A stretch of DNA of 64,000 nt from Alphaproteobacteria bacterium (GCA_964291215.2 OZ219791.1:416001-480000); one strand, 5' to 3'. Positions 13,330 through 24,612 are shown, counted from the stretch's first letter. Notes: generated from the letters alone by a model not told the origin. Numbers and translations are program-made.

Positions 13330-13526
13330 GGGCGTGTCTCCGTTGTCTGTTCCCTCGGGCGCCGTCCGTCCCGGGGGAACGGAACGGCGCTCCTGAACGG
13401 ACAACGCGACCCGCGCGCGGGACCGCGGTCAGAGGCCGGGCCAGGCCCAACCGTCTGTCACGCAACGGAAAACTGCCGACCGATGCAGGCCGGCCGGGCC
13501 TCGCTCCCTGCATCAAGGATGCGTCG

Positions 13527-16423
13527 GGTGGTCATCGAGAACGACGGGGACCGCCAGTGGGCTACTTTGGATCGAAGGCGACGAGCGGGCTGTGCCAGCT
13601 GCTTCCGGGGCTCCAGCCCCCGCATGATCTGTATGTGGAAACGCATCTCGGAGGCGGCGTGCTGATGAAGCGCAAGGCCGGGTGATGGCGACGGGCGGCG
13701 CGCGAGGAGTTCGAAGCGGCCAAGACCGCGGCGCTGCCGGCAAGGTGCCGGAAGAGGCCGTGATCCGCGTCTTCGTCATCCTCATCGTCGTCCTTCTGGA
13801 GAAGACCACGCACGAGCCGGAACTCCGGTCTGCCGCCGTCACAGACGGACAAGGACGAGAGTGTGCCGGGAGCAACGGCAAGGGCCCGAAGCCGAACCGG
13901 CAGATGGGCGACAACCTGCGCAAGATCATCGTCGAGGAAACGGTTGCGGCCTGCGACGCCTGCGGCGCCGACGGCCCCGTCGATCGGGAGCGCCGCACGA
14001 CATCGTGTTCGAGGTCGTCGAGCGCCGCGCCGAGATCAAGGAATGCCCGAAGTGCAAGGGCCGGTTCCCCGAAAACATCCCGTGCAGTACGGCATCCAGG
14101 CCCTCGTCATCAACCTGCTGGTCGCCCAGATGCTGTCCCTGCGCCGTGCTGTCGCGCTCGTGCAGGCGATCTCCGGCATCAAGCTCTCCGAGGCCTCAGC
14201 TATGCTTTCACGATGCGTCATGGGAGGAGGCTGCCGTGGCGCACCTCCTGCAACGCCCGATGTCGACGATTTCGGATCAACAGTAAGTGGCTTCATGTCG
14301 TGGGACCCTGACGTGCAAGTTCCCACACCGCAAGCGCGGGCAAGAGATCGGCCCGTGCTACAAGGGCGTCCTGGGCCTCGTACATGGGCCAGTGTAGCCA
14401 CCAGCTGTGCGGCAGCCACCTGCTGCGCGAACTGACCTTTGTCGTCGAGGCTACCGCGCGACTGATGAAGAGCCTGCTCCGCGAGGTCTGCCACAAGGTC
14501 AACAAGAGCGCATCCAGGACCCTGAACGAGGCCGGGCGCTACCGCACCATCAGGGCGCCAGGGAACTGCCCGACATCCCGCCGAAAGGAAAACGTGGACG
14601 CAAACGCGCACAACCTGCACGAACGTCTCGTGAAACACGAAAACCTGCGCTTCACAGGCGACCATCGCGGTAGGGAACCGGGTTACCCCCCGCACAGAAC
14701 CGGACGTGCGCTGTTCGCTCCTCCCCTGACGACAAGGCGCTGGTTTGGCCACGGGCTCAGTGGGCAGCGGTGAGGGTGTCTATGTCCCCGGTGAAGTCCT
14801 TTTGGGAGCGTCGCCGAAGGGCACGCAGCTGTTTGCATTGGTGTATGAACTTCTGCAGGCTGCTTCCTGGAACGGCGTAGTAGCAGCCGTTGATAACTCA
14901 CCACTTGGCCGTTTCGTGCCGGTTATCGTGCCACCGCCTGCGCAAGGCCTCCTTGATCCGCCGCAGGGTGCCCGTTTGCGACCGACCCTGAACCTGCCTT
15001 TCCTCGTCTGTTCGCAGAAGTGCGTCATGCCGAGGAAGTCGAACGTCTTGCCCACGCTTCCGGCGGTTCGCTCTGGCAAACCGACCGAACTCGATGATTT
15101 TCCGGGTGCAGTTCAAGTGGGCCAGTCTCTCCCCAAGGTCCCAGCGCCGCCCAGATGCTGAAAGCCGCACACGAAGTCGTCCGCATAATGATCGTGTCGC
15201 CTCTAGCCATCCGCTTGCGCCAGTGGTTCTGGAACCAGTCGTACGTAGTGCAGGTTCGCAAGGCATGGCGCCGCCCCTTGCGGTGTTCCCTTGCCAGTCG
15301 GTCCCTTCCATGACGCCGGCGTCACTTGATGATCAGACCCCCCGATCCGTTTCCCGAGCATCGCGACCAGATGGTCGCGGTTGTCGAAGGGGCGTCAACG
15401 ATCCAGTTGACCTTCCGCCGTTCCACCGTGACGGCGCATGATGCGCCCCGGCCGGAAGCCGTAACTAAACCCGAGGAACTCCGTCTCGCGGCACCAGAAT
15501 CACACCGCCCGCTGATGAATCTTGTCCGAGGCAATGCCAAGCGGTCGTTGCCCTCCATCCTCCTTGGGTATGTAAACCCCGGAGGCGCCCGGTACGCACC
15601 CCTGTGCACACGGGCGTGCAGCAGTTCCACACCCTCCGCGTACGCTTGCCACACAACGCCCCGCCGCCGCGTCCTTCCTCAAGGAATGGAACGCATCGTG
15701 CAGAACGTCGACCGTCACGTGGTGGAGTAAAGACGCTCTTCCGGGTTCCTCTTCGCTACCTGCGTTCAGCCGCCTGTGACCCCCGCTTCTGCGCGCGGCG
15801 CGGGCCAACCGCATTGCCCTTCCCTCCAACAACTCCGCAGGCTCCGAAGAACCCTTGTTCGCCGCCTTCAGCGGTACTATGGCCGAATCTGACTTCTCGT
15901 TCATCATCGGTTTACGGAATTTCCTCTGCGGCCCCTCCACGACAGAGGGACAAGACCTCCCAGGTCCCTGCTTCGGCGCGTGCCCTGGTTCTCGGACCCC
16001 GCGGAGCCCCCCTCACCAACGCGGCTCGTTGCCTTCGGCCACGACCTCGGCACTCCGGTTTCAAAGCATCTCGTGGCTCAATAGCCTGGCCTGCCGCTCC
16101 CCAACGCTTCGCCTCACGACGCATGGTTCACGGAGAAATTAGCCTCTCTCGGGACTTGCACCCGGCCACATTCCACCAGTTTGCCTGGCGCACCCGACGT
16201 CAGCTTCACCAACAATGCCGGAGAACAGAAGATCAGGATGGCAAAGGTCAAGGTGCCCGGATGCTTCCACTCCACGCAAAAGCATGGTGCCAAGCTACCT
16301 CACCTCCATGGCGGCACTCGGCTACAACCCACTCGTCGCCACCCAGATCGCCCTCGACGGAAAAGCCGCAGACATCATCAACGAGCACTATGAATCAGAA
16401 CCCAACAAGGGGTGAGTAGATAC
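13527..16423 (+). mobile_element. IS66-family element copy 1 (left end lost, degraded, interrupted by a group II intron)
   Basis: Colinear with 53338-54954; right end GGGGTGAGTAGATAC; motifs HQLCGSHLLREL, SFTNNAGEQKIRMAKVK. Confidence 0.9.
14664..16193 (-). mobile_element. Group II intron with degraded reverse transcriptase/maturase
   Basis: Minus-strand 5' end GTGCGCCAGG and 3' end ..CCCTACCGCGAT; RT fragments YIPKEDGGQRPLGIA, EFGRFA, TFDFLGMTHFC; removing it restores IS66 TGDPDVSFTNN. Confidence 0.9.
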
Positions 16424-16710
16424 GTACAATGAACGATTTGACCGGTTTTGTGCTTGACGACAGAGCCGCATCGTGGTCCAATATAATATGATGCATGTAA
16501 TGGGATGATCCCGACCCTGAACACGTTCGCAAGGTACCCGTCTGAAGCCCCGTCCCGATCGTAACCTCGTGCTTCTCCCTTGCCAACATCGACGTACCGA
16601 CCGTCTTGTTCTCGAACCTGAAACCCTTCGACTGCCAGACAACGCACGCAAACTCGGCCTAGAAGCATCACCCTGATTTGGAAACATCGAAGCCGAGGTC
16701 AGGATGTCTG
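16424..16710 (+). mobile_element. Right part of a non-autonomous element of the CAGACATCCTGACCT-ended IS family
   Basis: Ends AGGTCAGGATGTCTG; encodes IDVPTVLFSNLKPFDCQTTH, similar to IDNQAWYFTHLEPCDCHAAH in 17514-18043. Confidence 0.6.
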
Positions 16711-17339
16711 ATCCTCGACGGCATCGACCGGGAGACGGATGCCACCGGCCGCTTCAAGTAGGCAAGGCCCACGGACGCCTCGAGCAGCGCTCGATACGTG
16801 CCGCTCAAGGGCTCGATCAACTACCCCGGCAGATCGCCCGCATCAAGCGCTACCGCAAGCCGCCGGGAAAGAGCGCCAGCGGCGCAGCGAGCGGCAACGA
16901 CCACACCGGTACATCATCACCTCGCTCGATGCACAACACGCGTCGCCAGAGGAACTGCTGCGGCCGCGGGCACCGGGCTATGGAAAACATGAACCACCAC
17001 CAGAGAGACTGCGTCTTCGGCAAGGACGCCTGCCTGACCCGCCCCGCAAACCGCGCCAGCCTCGACAACATCGCGCTCGCGGTGATCTTCGCCAACCGAC
17101 GCGAGAGCCTCGCCGAAACACGGCGGCGGCTCGACCGCTGGGAAGCCGTCGCAACCCTGAGCGCCAATGGTGTTCGGCCGATTCCCGGACGCCGCCCACA
17201 ACCCGCCCGCATTCCGAAAACAACCCGCCCACGCGCCGGCGACGACCGCGGACGGCCCCGAAGCCGGAAAACCCGGCACGCTGTGAAACCTCCGGACAGC
17301 AGAAGACAGCAAAATTGAATGCAGCGTGGGAAACACCTG
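16711..17339 (+). mobile_element. ISAs1-family 3' fragment
   Basis: Near-identical to about 46080-46721, including the right end GGGAAACACCTG. Confidence 0.9.
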
Positions 17340-17427
17340 GCCCGGGCAAGATTGCTGTTCACTTTGGGGAATAATTGTCCTATTGTCAGTTGCCTTGGAT
17401 CGGAGGTAAATGCTGCTGTCGGATCGC

Positions 17428-17501
17428 TGGGGAATAGTTTAACGGTAGAACGGGCGGCTCTGACCCGCTTGGTCCTGGTTCGAATCCAGGTTCCCCAGCC
17501 A
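17428..17501 (+). tRNA. tRNA-Gln (CTG)
   Basis: Acceptor stem TGGGGAA/TTCCCCA, anticodon loop CTCTGAC, T-loop GTTCGAATC, encoded CCA. Confidence 0.95.
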
Positions 17502-17513
17502 TTTTCCCAAATT

Positions 17514-18043
17514 CAGACATCCTGACCTACCCTTCTGAGGAGGCCTATCGCACCGGTCAGGAAATCCCCTGTTTTCCTGTGTTTCCGGCTGCTTCAGCGC
17601 AGATTTCGCTTAACCTGTGGCGAACAAGCATGTCCAATATCGCATGTTACACTTTTGGTCTGAGATGACACCCTCCCTGCCACCCCAAGGGAGCCCATGC
17701 CACACCCATCGCAGCATCCTCCTCATGGGCCGTCATCGACAATCAGGCATGGTACTTCACCCACCTCGAGCCCTGCGACTGCCACGCTGCCCATGACACC
17801 CGTCGACAGGCCCTGCGCATCGCCCGGTTCTACACGGTCGCCGGCGTTGAGCTGTGCCGATCTGACCAGGCCTTCGATGTCTTGCACGAAGGCGTCTACC
17901 GTAAGACGAAGCTCCTGAAGGCCAGGGGCGAGACGGTCCTTGGTGCATCGCAGCGGCCACGCAGACGCGAGGGTGATCTCCTCGGCGATGGCGCAACACT
18001 CCAGAATCGTCTCACCTGACATTGGACGAGGTCAGGATGTCTG
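17514..18043 (+). mobile_element. 530-bp internally deleted IS derivative (unclassified family)
   Basis: 15-bp perfect TIR CAGACATCCTGACCT; 5-bp TSD AAATT; remnant resembling a transposase N-terminus. Confidence 0.8.
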
Positions 18044-18277
18044 AAATTGCCGCAATTCGCTCCGGCTGGCTGCCGAACTGTCCGAACACGGGCCCGGTTC
18101 CGGTCGATCCGCTCCCGTCGGCTAATTGTTCTGGATGACAGGCGCCGAGCCTTTCCGCAAGCCCTCAGGCTCGCACATCATCGCGAATGCCCGCATCCTC
18201 GACGGGCCGCCGACAACCGCACCGCCGCCTGGCCCGCGAACTGCACAGGAACCGGATACCGCATGCGGACCCACACA

Positions 18278-19035
18278 TGACGGAATTCCTCGGCGCTCCC
18301 GATATCGGGCTGTGGCAGGCTCTGGCTCTGTTTGCCGCAGCCATCGTGACGACATTCATCGGCACCGTGACCGGTACTGCCGGCGGCCTGCTGCTGCTCG
18401 CATTTATGACATTCTTTCTGCCGCTGGTGGTCCTGATTCCGGTTCACACCGTGGTGCAGCTCGGGGCAGGTACCGGCCGCACCTTCCTGATGTGGCGTTA
18501 TGTCAGGAAGGAACTGCTCGTTCCGTTTGCGATCGGAGCAGGCTTGGGCGCCCTTGTCGGCGCCAACGCATTCGTCTCGCTGACAGCGGGCACGCTTCAG
18601 GCTATTCTTGGGATATTCATTTTCGTGGTCATGTAGACACCGAGGATCACGCTCGGCGGACCGGAGCGAACCCGCTTCGCGCTTCTGGGCGCTGTCTCAA
18701 CCTTCCTGGGTGTTTTCGTCAGCGCGACCGGCTCGTTCCTGTCGCCCTTTGTCGCCCATGCCAGTCGCGACCGGCACGTTCATGTCGCGACCATTGCGAC
18801 ACTCATGGCGATTACCCACCTCGCCAAGCTGGCCGCTTTCGGCTTCGTCGGCGTTGCCCTCGGCGCCTATGTGCCGCTTATCGCCCTGATGATCTGCGGA
18901 ACCGTGCTCGGCAACTGGATCGGCAGGAACACGCTCCGGCGCGTGCCGGAACGCATGTTCCGGATCGTGTTTCAGGTTTTGCTTGCGCTGCTTGCGCTCC
19001 GACTCCTGGCCGGAGCGCTGCTCGACAGCGCCTAG
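18278..19035 (+). pseudogene. TauE/SafE (TSUP) sulfite-exporter-family membrane protein with in-frame TAG at 18634-18636
   Basis: GTVTGTAGGLLL, FLGVFVSATG, multiple TM helices; the frame continues after the stop. Confidence 0.8.
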
Positions 19036-19108
19036 CTCCAAGGCCTCACGACCGCAATCGGCATCTGACCGGAACGCACGGACGACGGAAGGTGGCGGAC
19101 TAGGCCGG

Positions 19109-19612
19109 CTATTTCCGCATGCCGGGGCGTTCGAAGTTCCGGTCGAGGTGCCCCTTGCCCTCAAGGTCGCCCTGTTCGAACAACCAGCTGTATCCGCCGG
19201 GTGGATTGGTCAGAATTTCCCAGCAATTGTCATCCATGTCCCAGAAGAAGAAGCTGTAGGTGCCGTGCTGCAGCTTCGGCTTGGAAATCTTGTGCAGCCC
19301 CCATTTCTCCGCCTGTTCGACAACCGTCTCGTAGGCCGCATCAACCTCCTCCTGGGTCTCGACATCGAACCCGTTGTGGTTGAGCAGCGGCATCTCGGAA
19401 GCCCGCTTGGGTTGTTCGACAACTGCAATCGTATTCGCGCCACCAAGGCGGATAAGCAGCGAAATTGGGCTGGTGCGGACAACCTCAAGCCCGAGGAACT
19501 CGGCATAGAAGTTGCGGGCCGTTTCGAGATCCCTGGACTCGAGCGTTCCGTGCGAAAGGAAATTCAACTTGAGGGCGGGCTCCGCCACCGTCTCAACTTG
19601 AGGCAAACTCAT
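19109..19612 (-). CDS. VOC/glyoxalase-family protein
   Basis: SHGTLES, FYAEFLGLEV, NHNGF, FFFWDMDDNCWEI. Confidence 0.85.
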   Translation of the reverse strand: MSLPQVETVAEPALKLNFLSHGTLESRDLETARNFYAEFLGLEVVRTSPISLLIRLGGANTIAVVEQPKRASEMPLLNHNGFDVETQEEVDAAYETVVEQAEKWGLHKISKPKLQHGTYSFFFWDMDDNCWEILTNPPGGYSWLFEQGDLEGKGHLDRNFERPGMRK

Positions 19613-20084
19613 TTGATTTCTCCCGTTCGGTTGTCACCGGAACTCTGCTCCGAAGCGCAGTTTCACTCCCGGCCGGGCGAAATGGCACGAGCAGCCGTAC
19701 CGCAAGAGGCCGGAAATTTTAGCACACAAAAGCTGTATTTTGAAAGGCCCGTGATCGGAGTGCAACCGTTTGCGCGATTCGCACGCCGCTCGGAACCGAA
19801 ATCGTCGCCGTTCCAGAACCCAGAGCACCTGAGACAGTACCGCCGTCTCAATCTCCCGGTCGATAATCACTTGTGAGCGTCCGACAACACCGAATCGATA
19901 TCGAGTGAAGGACCGAGGATCGCGCCACCTCCAGAATAGGCGGGCCGTCCGGTATGCGTGTAGATCTGCCGGAGTGGTGTTGGCGATGCGCCGAGACGGG
20001 ACGCCTGACGGGTAGACCTGCATCCCTCGCTCGGAGAACTCTCTGCGCTTCGAGGGGCGCGATCTCCTCTGCGCCTTCGTCAAT

Positions 20085-20226
20085 CTGGACACGGGCGCTG
20101 GAGGGCCTGCAGGAGGCGCTCCAGCAGAGAAAGGCGAGCCCCGCCGAGATCGCCCGGCATGCGGAGCGCGACGGCGGCACCACGGTTGTCCGCCCGTATC
20201 TCGAGTCGCTCACCGCCAACCCCTAG
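20085..20226 (+). pseudogene. AbiEi-like (type IV TA antitoxin) C-terminal remnant
   Basis: ALEGLQEALQQRKASPAEIARHA..VVRPYLESL. Confidence 0.55.
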
Positions 20227-20480
20227 TAGTGCGGAATCATTGGATTGAAGGGTATGGTGACTTGAGTTTCACCCGGGCGTTTGCGGTGGTGAAGCGCCAA
20301 TCGACGGTACCGCCGGCTGCATTGCGGCGCTCGACCCACGCCACGGTCTCCCGCAGCATGGTGTCGCGGTCGGGAATGCGTCGTCGAAGGCACTGCCGCG
20401 ACAGCGCACCGATCTCGATTTCGGCCATGTTGAGCCAACTTCCGTGCTTTGGCGTATAGCGAAACTCGAACCGCACCCGC
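20227..20480 (-). mobile_element. IS630-family 3' remnant
   Basis: YTPKHGSWLNMAEIEI..LSRQCL..VDWRFTTANARVKLKS. Confidence 0.85.
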
Positions 20481-20499
20481 ATCGCGATTACGCAACCTG

Positions 20500-21213
20500 A
20501 TGTCTGGAAATTGTCGTGAAGCTGATCGAGCTGTTCCCATTCCGGCCGGGTGAACATTTCCGAGCGCCCTGCGGAGGCAAAGGAACGGATCGGCGACTGG
20601 GAGCCATCATCGGCAAAACTCACAGTGGAGCTGTCGTGTCGCTCGTGCCACGAAATACACCTTGCCGGGTGGACAGAAAGATACGGTCGGTTCGGTCATG
20701 ATCCGCCTGCTCGGCTCTGGTGCGCTATTGGCCCACACAATCACAACGGCAAGGAGTTCGCAGACCACAGGCGTGTCGCACTTGACGCAGATTTCTTCTT
20801 CGCCTTTCCATTCTTGGGAGCGCGGCTTGAATGAGCACACCAACGGCCTGGTGCGGGAGTACTTCCCGAAGGGCACGGACTTTCGCGCGACATGCAACGA
20901 AGATGTTCAGAAGGTGCGGCTCAACACTCGGAAAGTCCTGGGATCGCCGACGGAGGTAATCTTGAAGTGAAACCGCCCTGACCATCTGCGTTCCAAAGCC
21001 GCAACGTGCAGCAGGGTCCATGCCGCGCGACGGCGGAATAGTGGCTTGAAGCCGACAAAGGCGTTGCATAAGCTCGATGTTGAAGGAACTGAAGCTGTTC
21101 CCAGGCGGAATCGAGAGGGGCAGAGGGGAAAAATTTGCGCGACATCCGGCCCTCATCTCCGTTCGGGCTACGCCCTCACTGCGATGAGGGCCGGATGTTG
21201 CACTTCAGACTGG
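20500..21213 (+). mobile_element. IS30-family remnant
   Basis: ISERP..IGDWE, NGKEFA, SWERGLNEHTNGLVREYFPKGTDF; right-end-like TGTTGCACTTCAG; hairpin about 21144-21196. Confidence 0.8.
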
Positions 21214-21372
21214 AAGTGGGGCCTGATCCTCGATGCGCGCTATGAAAAAGCCCGCCATGACGGCGTTGTGTGCGATATCGCAGTGCTCTAGGCCATCGGA
21301 ATAGGGGCTGCAGGCACGTTCCGGGGCTCTCTGTGGCGCTCTCCGAGGCCGAGGTCCATTGGAGGACCTTCC
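21214..21372 (+). mobile_element. IS256-family internal remnant
   Basis: LILDARYEKARHDGVV..AVL*AIG, SVALSEAEVHWRTF. Confidence 0.75.
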
Positions 21373-21555
21373 CAGGGCTCTTCTTTTGTCCGGTTCCGTC
21401 CGACGAGGGGCGTTGTAGGCAGATCTGGAGGTCCATTCGGGAGCGGATTTCGTTGTCAATATGCCGGTTCCGACCTTGAGACGGTGCCACCAACTTCAAA
21501 AACGGCCACTCTGACACGGTTGTCCACCGCCGATCGCGACAACGGAATGGTCCTG
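21373..21555. repeat. 183-bp MITE type A (ISAs1-like ends), copy 1
   Basis: Near-identical to 31003-31185 and, inverted, to 39426-39608; no TSD here. Confidence 0.9.
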
Positions 21556-21997
21556 TCGCATGAGATGAACAAATGGAACTGAGCCTGCAACTGTGCCATA
21601 CGAAACTCTCACCCGATGCGGCCTTACGGGAATGTCCTGGCCGGGCTTTACTCCGAGCAAGGGCCTCGATCGCCGGCCCATTGCATTCGATACGATAGAG
21701 CGCAGCACTGGCACTGCACCTCCGCGGTCGTGGCCCTGCAATTCAGGACTCGTACGCCGCTTGCCATCGACTCCGGGGGCATCGGCCCACGGATCGCACT
21801 GAACAGGCGGAACGTTATCAACTTCTGTCCGGCGACACGACCCTTCGGGCCGCCGGACGATATCCGGTGCTCATCCAACCGCTGACAATGCCGACGACCA
21901 CACCCTTCCCACACCTGATGTCGAGGGCGGGGTTCCTTGGCCAAGTCGCACGGCGGAAATCGACGATCCACCCAGCGGAACCCCGGAATCGAGCGCG

Positions 21998-23410
21998 TCA
22001 GACACTGTAATACATCGAGAATTCGACCGGATGTGGCGTATGCTCGAAACTGTAGATTTCTTCCCACTTGAGTTCGAGGAAGCCGTCGATCAGGTCGTCG
22101 GGGAAGACTTCGCCCTGGGTCAGGAACTCCCGATCCTCGTCGAGCGAGATCAACGCCTCGCGCAGACTGTGGCAGACCGTCGGTACGTCGCTCAGCTCCT
22201 CGGGCGGCAGGTCGTACAGGTTCTTGTCCATCGGGTCGCCCGGATGGATCCTGTTCTGGATGCCGTCGAGCCCCGCCATCAGCATGGCGGCGAACGCATA
22301 ATAGGGGTTGGCCGCCGGATCCGGGAAGCGCACTTCGACGCGCTTGCCCCGCGGACTGCTGGTGAACGGGATGCGGCAGGACGCTGAACGGTTGCGGGCC
22401 GAGTAGGCGAGCAGAACCGGGGCCTCGAAACCCGGGATCAACCGCTTGTAGCTGTTGGTCGTCGGATTGGTGAAGGCGTTGAGCGCCTTGGCGTGCTTGA
22501 TGATCCCGCCGATATAGAACAGCGCCGTCTCCGAGAGGTCGGCATAGCCCGAGCCGGCAAACAGCGGCTTGTCGTCCTTCCAGATCGACTGGTGGACATG
22601 CATGCCTGAGCCGTTGTCGGCGATGACCGGCTTGGGCATGAAGGTCGCCGTCTTGCCGTAGGAATGGGCGACATTGTGGACGCAGTACTTGTAGATCTGC
22701 AGCCAGTCAGCGGTCTGCAGAAGCCGCGAGGCCTCGATGCCGAGCTCGTTCTGGCTCGGCGCGACCTCGTGATGGTGCTTCTCGGTGAGGATGCCCATGT
22801 CCTGCATCACGCTCAGCATCTCGGCGCGCAGATCGCCCATGGAATCCACGGGCGGCACGGGAAAGTATCCGCCCTTGATTGCGGGCCGGTGCCCGGTGTT
22901 GCCGCCCTCGAGTTCCGAACCGGAATTGTACGGCCCCTCTTCCTCGTCGAGGGCGTAGAATGTCCGGTGCATGGAGACGTCGAACCGGACATCGTCGAAG
23001 ACGAAGAATTCGGGTTCGGGACCGAAGAGGGCGCTGTCGCCGATGCCGGTCTGAGCCAGATACGACTCGGCGCGCTTGGCAGTCGAACGCGGGTCGCGGC
23101 TGTAGGGCTGTCCCGTGCTCGGTTCGATCACGTCGCAGAACAGGATGAGCTGCTCTTGGGCGGAGAACGGATCAAGCACCGCGGTCGAGCAGTCCGGCAC
23201 CAGCGTCATGTCCGATTCGTTGATGACCTTCCAGCCGGCAATCGAGGAGCCGTCGAACATGACGCCGTCGAGCAGCATGTCCTCATCGACGGTCCGCGCC
23301 GCCTGCGCGGTGTGCTGCCATTTGCCGCGCGGGTCCGTGAACCGGAAATCCACGAACCGCACATTGTGTTCCTCGATCATTTTCAGAACATCGATTGCAT
23401 CGCCCGCCAT
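21998..23410 (-). CDS. glnA: Glutamine synthetase type I
   Basis: [49 protein letters not shown] adenylylation site. Confidence 0.98.
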   Translation of the reverse strand: MAGDAIDVLKMIEEHNVRFVDFRFTDPRGKWQHTAQAARTVDEDMLLDGVMFDGSSIAGWKVINESDMTLVPDCSTAVLDPFSAQEQLILFCDVIEPSTGQPYSRDPRSTAKRAESYLAQTGIGDSALFGPEPEFFVFDDVRFDVSMHRTFYALDEEEGPYNSGSELEGGNTGHRPAIKGGYFPVPPVDSMGDLRAEMLSVMQDMGILTEKHHHEVAPSQNELGIEASRLLQTADWLQIYKYCVHNVAHSYGKTATFMPKPVIADNGSGMHVHQSIWKDDKPLFAGSGYADLSETALFYIGGIIKHAKALNAFTNPTTNSYKRLIPGFEAPVLLAYSARNRSASCRIPFTSSPRGKRVEVRFPDPAANPYYAFAAMLMAGLDGIQNRIHPGDPMDKNLYDLPPEELSDVPTVCHSLREALISLDEDREFLTQGEVFPDDLIDGFLELKWEEIYSFEHTPHPVEFSMYYSV

Positions 23411-23543
23411 GGGTGCGTTCCTTTCCTGTTTGAATAGTCTTGCGACCGGTTGACGCGACGACAATCGTGCGAACCCGCGCGTGCCGAGCCGCAGCAAGCT
23501 GTTGTAAATTCGGTTCCCGTTCTGTCGGAACGGGTCCGTGACG

Positions 23544-23888
<345 letters not shown>

Positions 23889-23942
23889 TCAGGCATCCCT
23901 ATTTTTGCTGGCAATCCTGATCGGCACCAGCCACTTTCGTCT

Positions 23943-24046
23943 GCAGGATATATGCCAGAAAGCCGCATGTGTGTAAAGGACGAAAGCCGCCGTCACGGCC
24001 GCCGCTGCCCCGTTTTCGTTCAGGTCGCCGCACAAATTTCGGGCAT
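23943..24046 (-). promoter_or_regulatory. Putative sigma54 promoter and NtrC-like upstream sites for glnB-glnA
   Basis: Minus strand TGGCATATATCCTGC (GG-N10-GC) at 23957-23943; CGCACAAATTTCGGGCA near 24029-24045. Confidence 0.65.
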
Positions 24047-24180
24047 GTTGCCTGAATTCAGATCGCCCGCAGCGACGGTTGCGCAACGCGCCGAACCCTC
24101 CATCCGGTCCTGTCCGCATTCGCTCGGTGAATGCGGACAGGCGGCTCAATGCGAGATGCGTGCCGCCCCGAGCCGCCGGA

Positions 24181-24612
24181 TCACTCCGCAGGCGCGGTTC
24201 CGGGGGCGTTGCGTCCGAGGATGTATGCTTCGACGAAGTCGAGCTTTCCCTTGATCTCCGCCTGGCCGGTCTCAAGCGTCCGCAGCCGGTTGTCGATTCC
24301 GTCGATGCGTGCGCCGAGCGCGGCGGCGGTGTCGTCGATGCGTTTGACGAGCGCGGCGGCGGTGTCGTCGATACGCTTTCTGGTGTCGTCGATACGCTTG
24401 TTGGTATCGTCGATGCGTTTGACGAGCGCGGCGCCGGTGTCGTCGATACGCCTGTTGGTGTCGTCGATACGCTTGTTGGTGTCGTCGATGCGCTTGCCGA
24501 GCCGATCTTCGAGCCGCAGCATGCTGCGCCACATGAGACCGAGAACGGTCAGCAGGACGACCGGTGTCAGCCAAGGAGAAATCTGGGCGGCGAACTGCGG
24601 TGTCTGATCCAT
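24181..24612 (-). CDS. Single-pass membrane coiled-coil protein with RIDDT tandem repeats
   Basis: N-terminal hydrophobic helix, then RIDDT repeats of 7,7,11,7,7,11,11 residues. Confidence 0.8.
   Translation of the reverse strand: MDQTPQFAAQISPWLTPVVLLTVLGLMWRSMLRLEDRLGKRIDDTNKRIDDTNRRIDDTGAALVKRIDDTNKRIDDTRKRIDDTAAALVKRIDDTAAALGARIDGIDNRLRTLETGQAEIKGKLDFVEAYILGRNAPGTAPAE
24300..24495. repeat. Coding tandem repeat of 21-bp and 33-bp units
   Basis: Recurrent GTGTCGTCGATRCG core. Confidence 0.85.

Noticed and set aside
14664-16193. Retron or DGR reverse transcriptase
   Set aside because: Canonical group II intron termini and precise exon restoration identify it as an intron; no TR/VR pair or msr/msd was seen.
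17428-17513. tRNA-Gln as the att site of the neighbouring integrases
   Set aside because: I found no duplicated tRNA 3' end in the window, and the integrases lie 5' of the tRNA, separated by IS debris.
11281-21290. In-frame TAG stops in the integrase (11281), TSUP gene (18634) and IS256 remnant (about 21288), suggesting amber recoding
   Set aside because: The expected residues differ (probably Gln, Trp, Ser), TAG terminates normal genes here (HerA, tctC, large Mo subunit), and the tRNA has a normal CTG anticodon. Ordinary nonsense mutations explain them.
21373-21555. Repeated small ORF MSEWPFLKLVAP.. as a peptide family
   Set aside because: It is part of MITE A, and its length and stop vary with the flanking DNA.
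21560-21990. Possible gene remnant or ncRNA downstream of glnA
   Set aside because: No recognisable motif, repeat or stable structure could be supported by eye.
24300-24495. CRISPR-like periodic repeats
   Set aside because: Units are 21 or 33 bp, in frame within a coiled-coil ORF, with no unique spacers and no cas genes.
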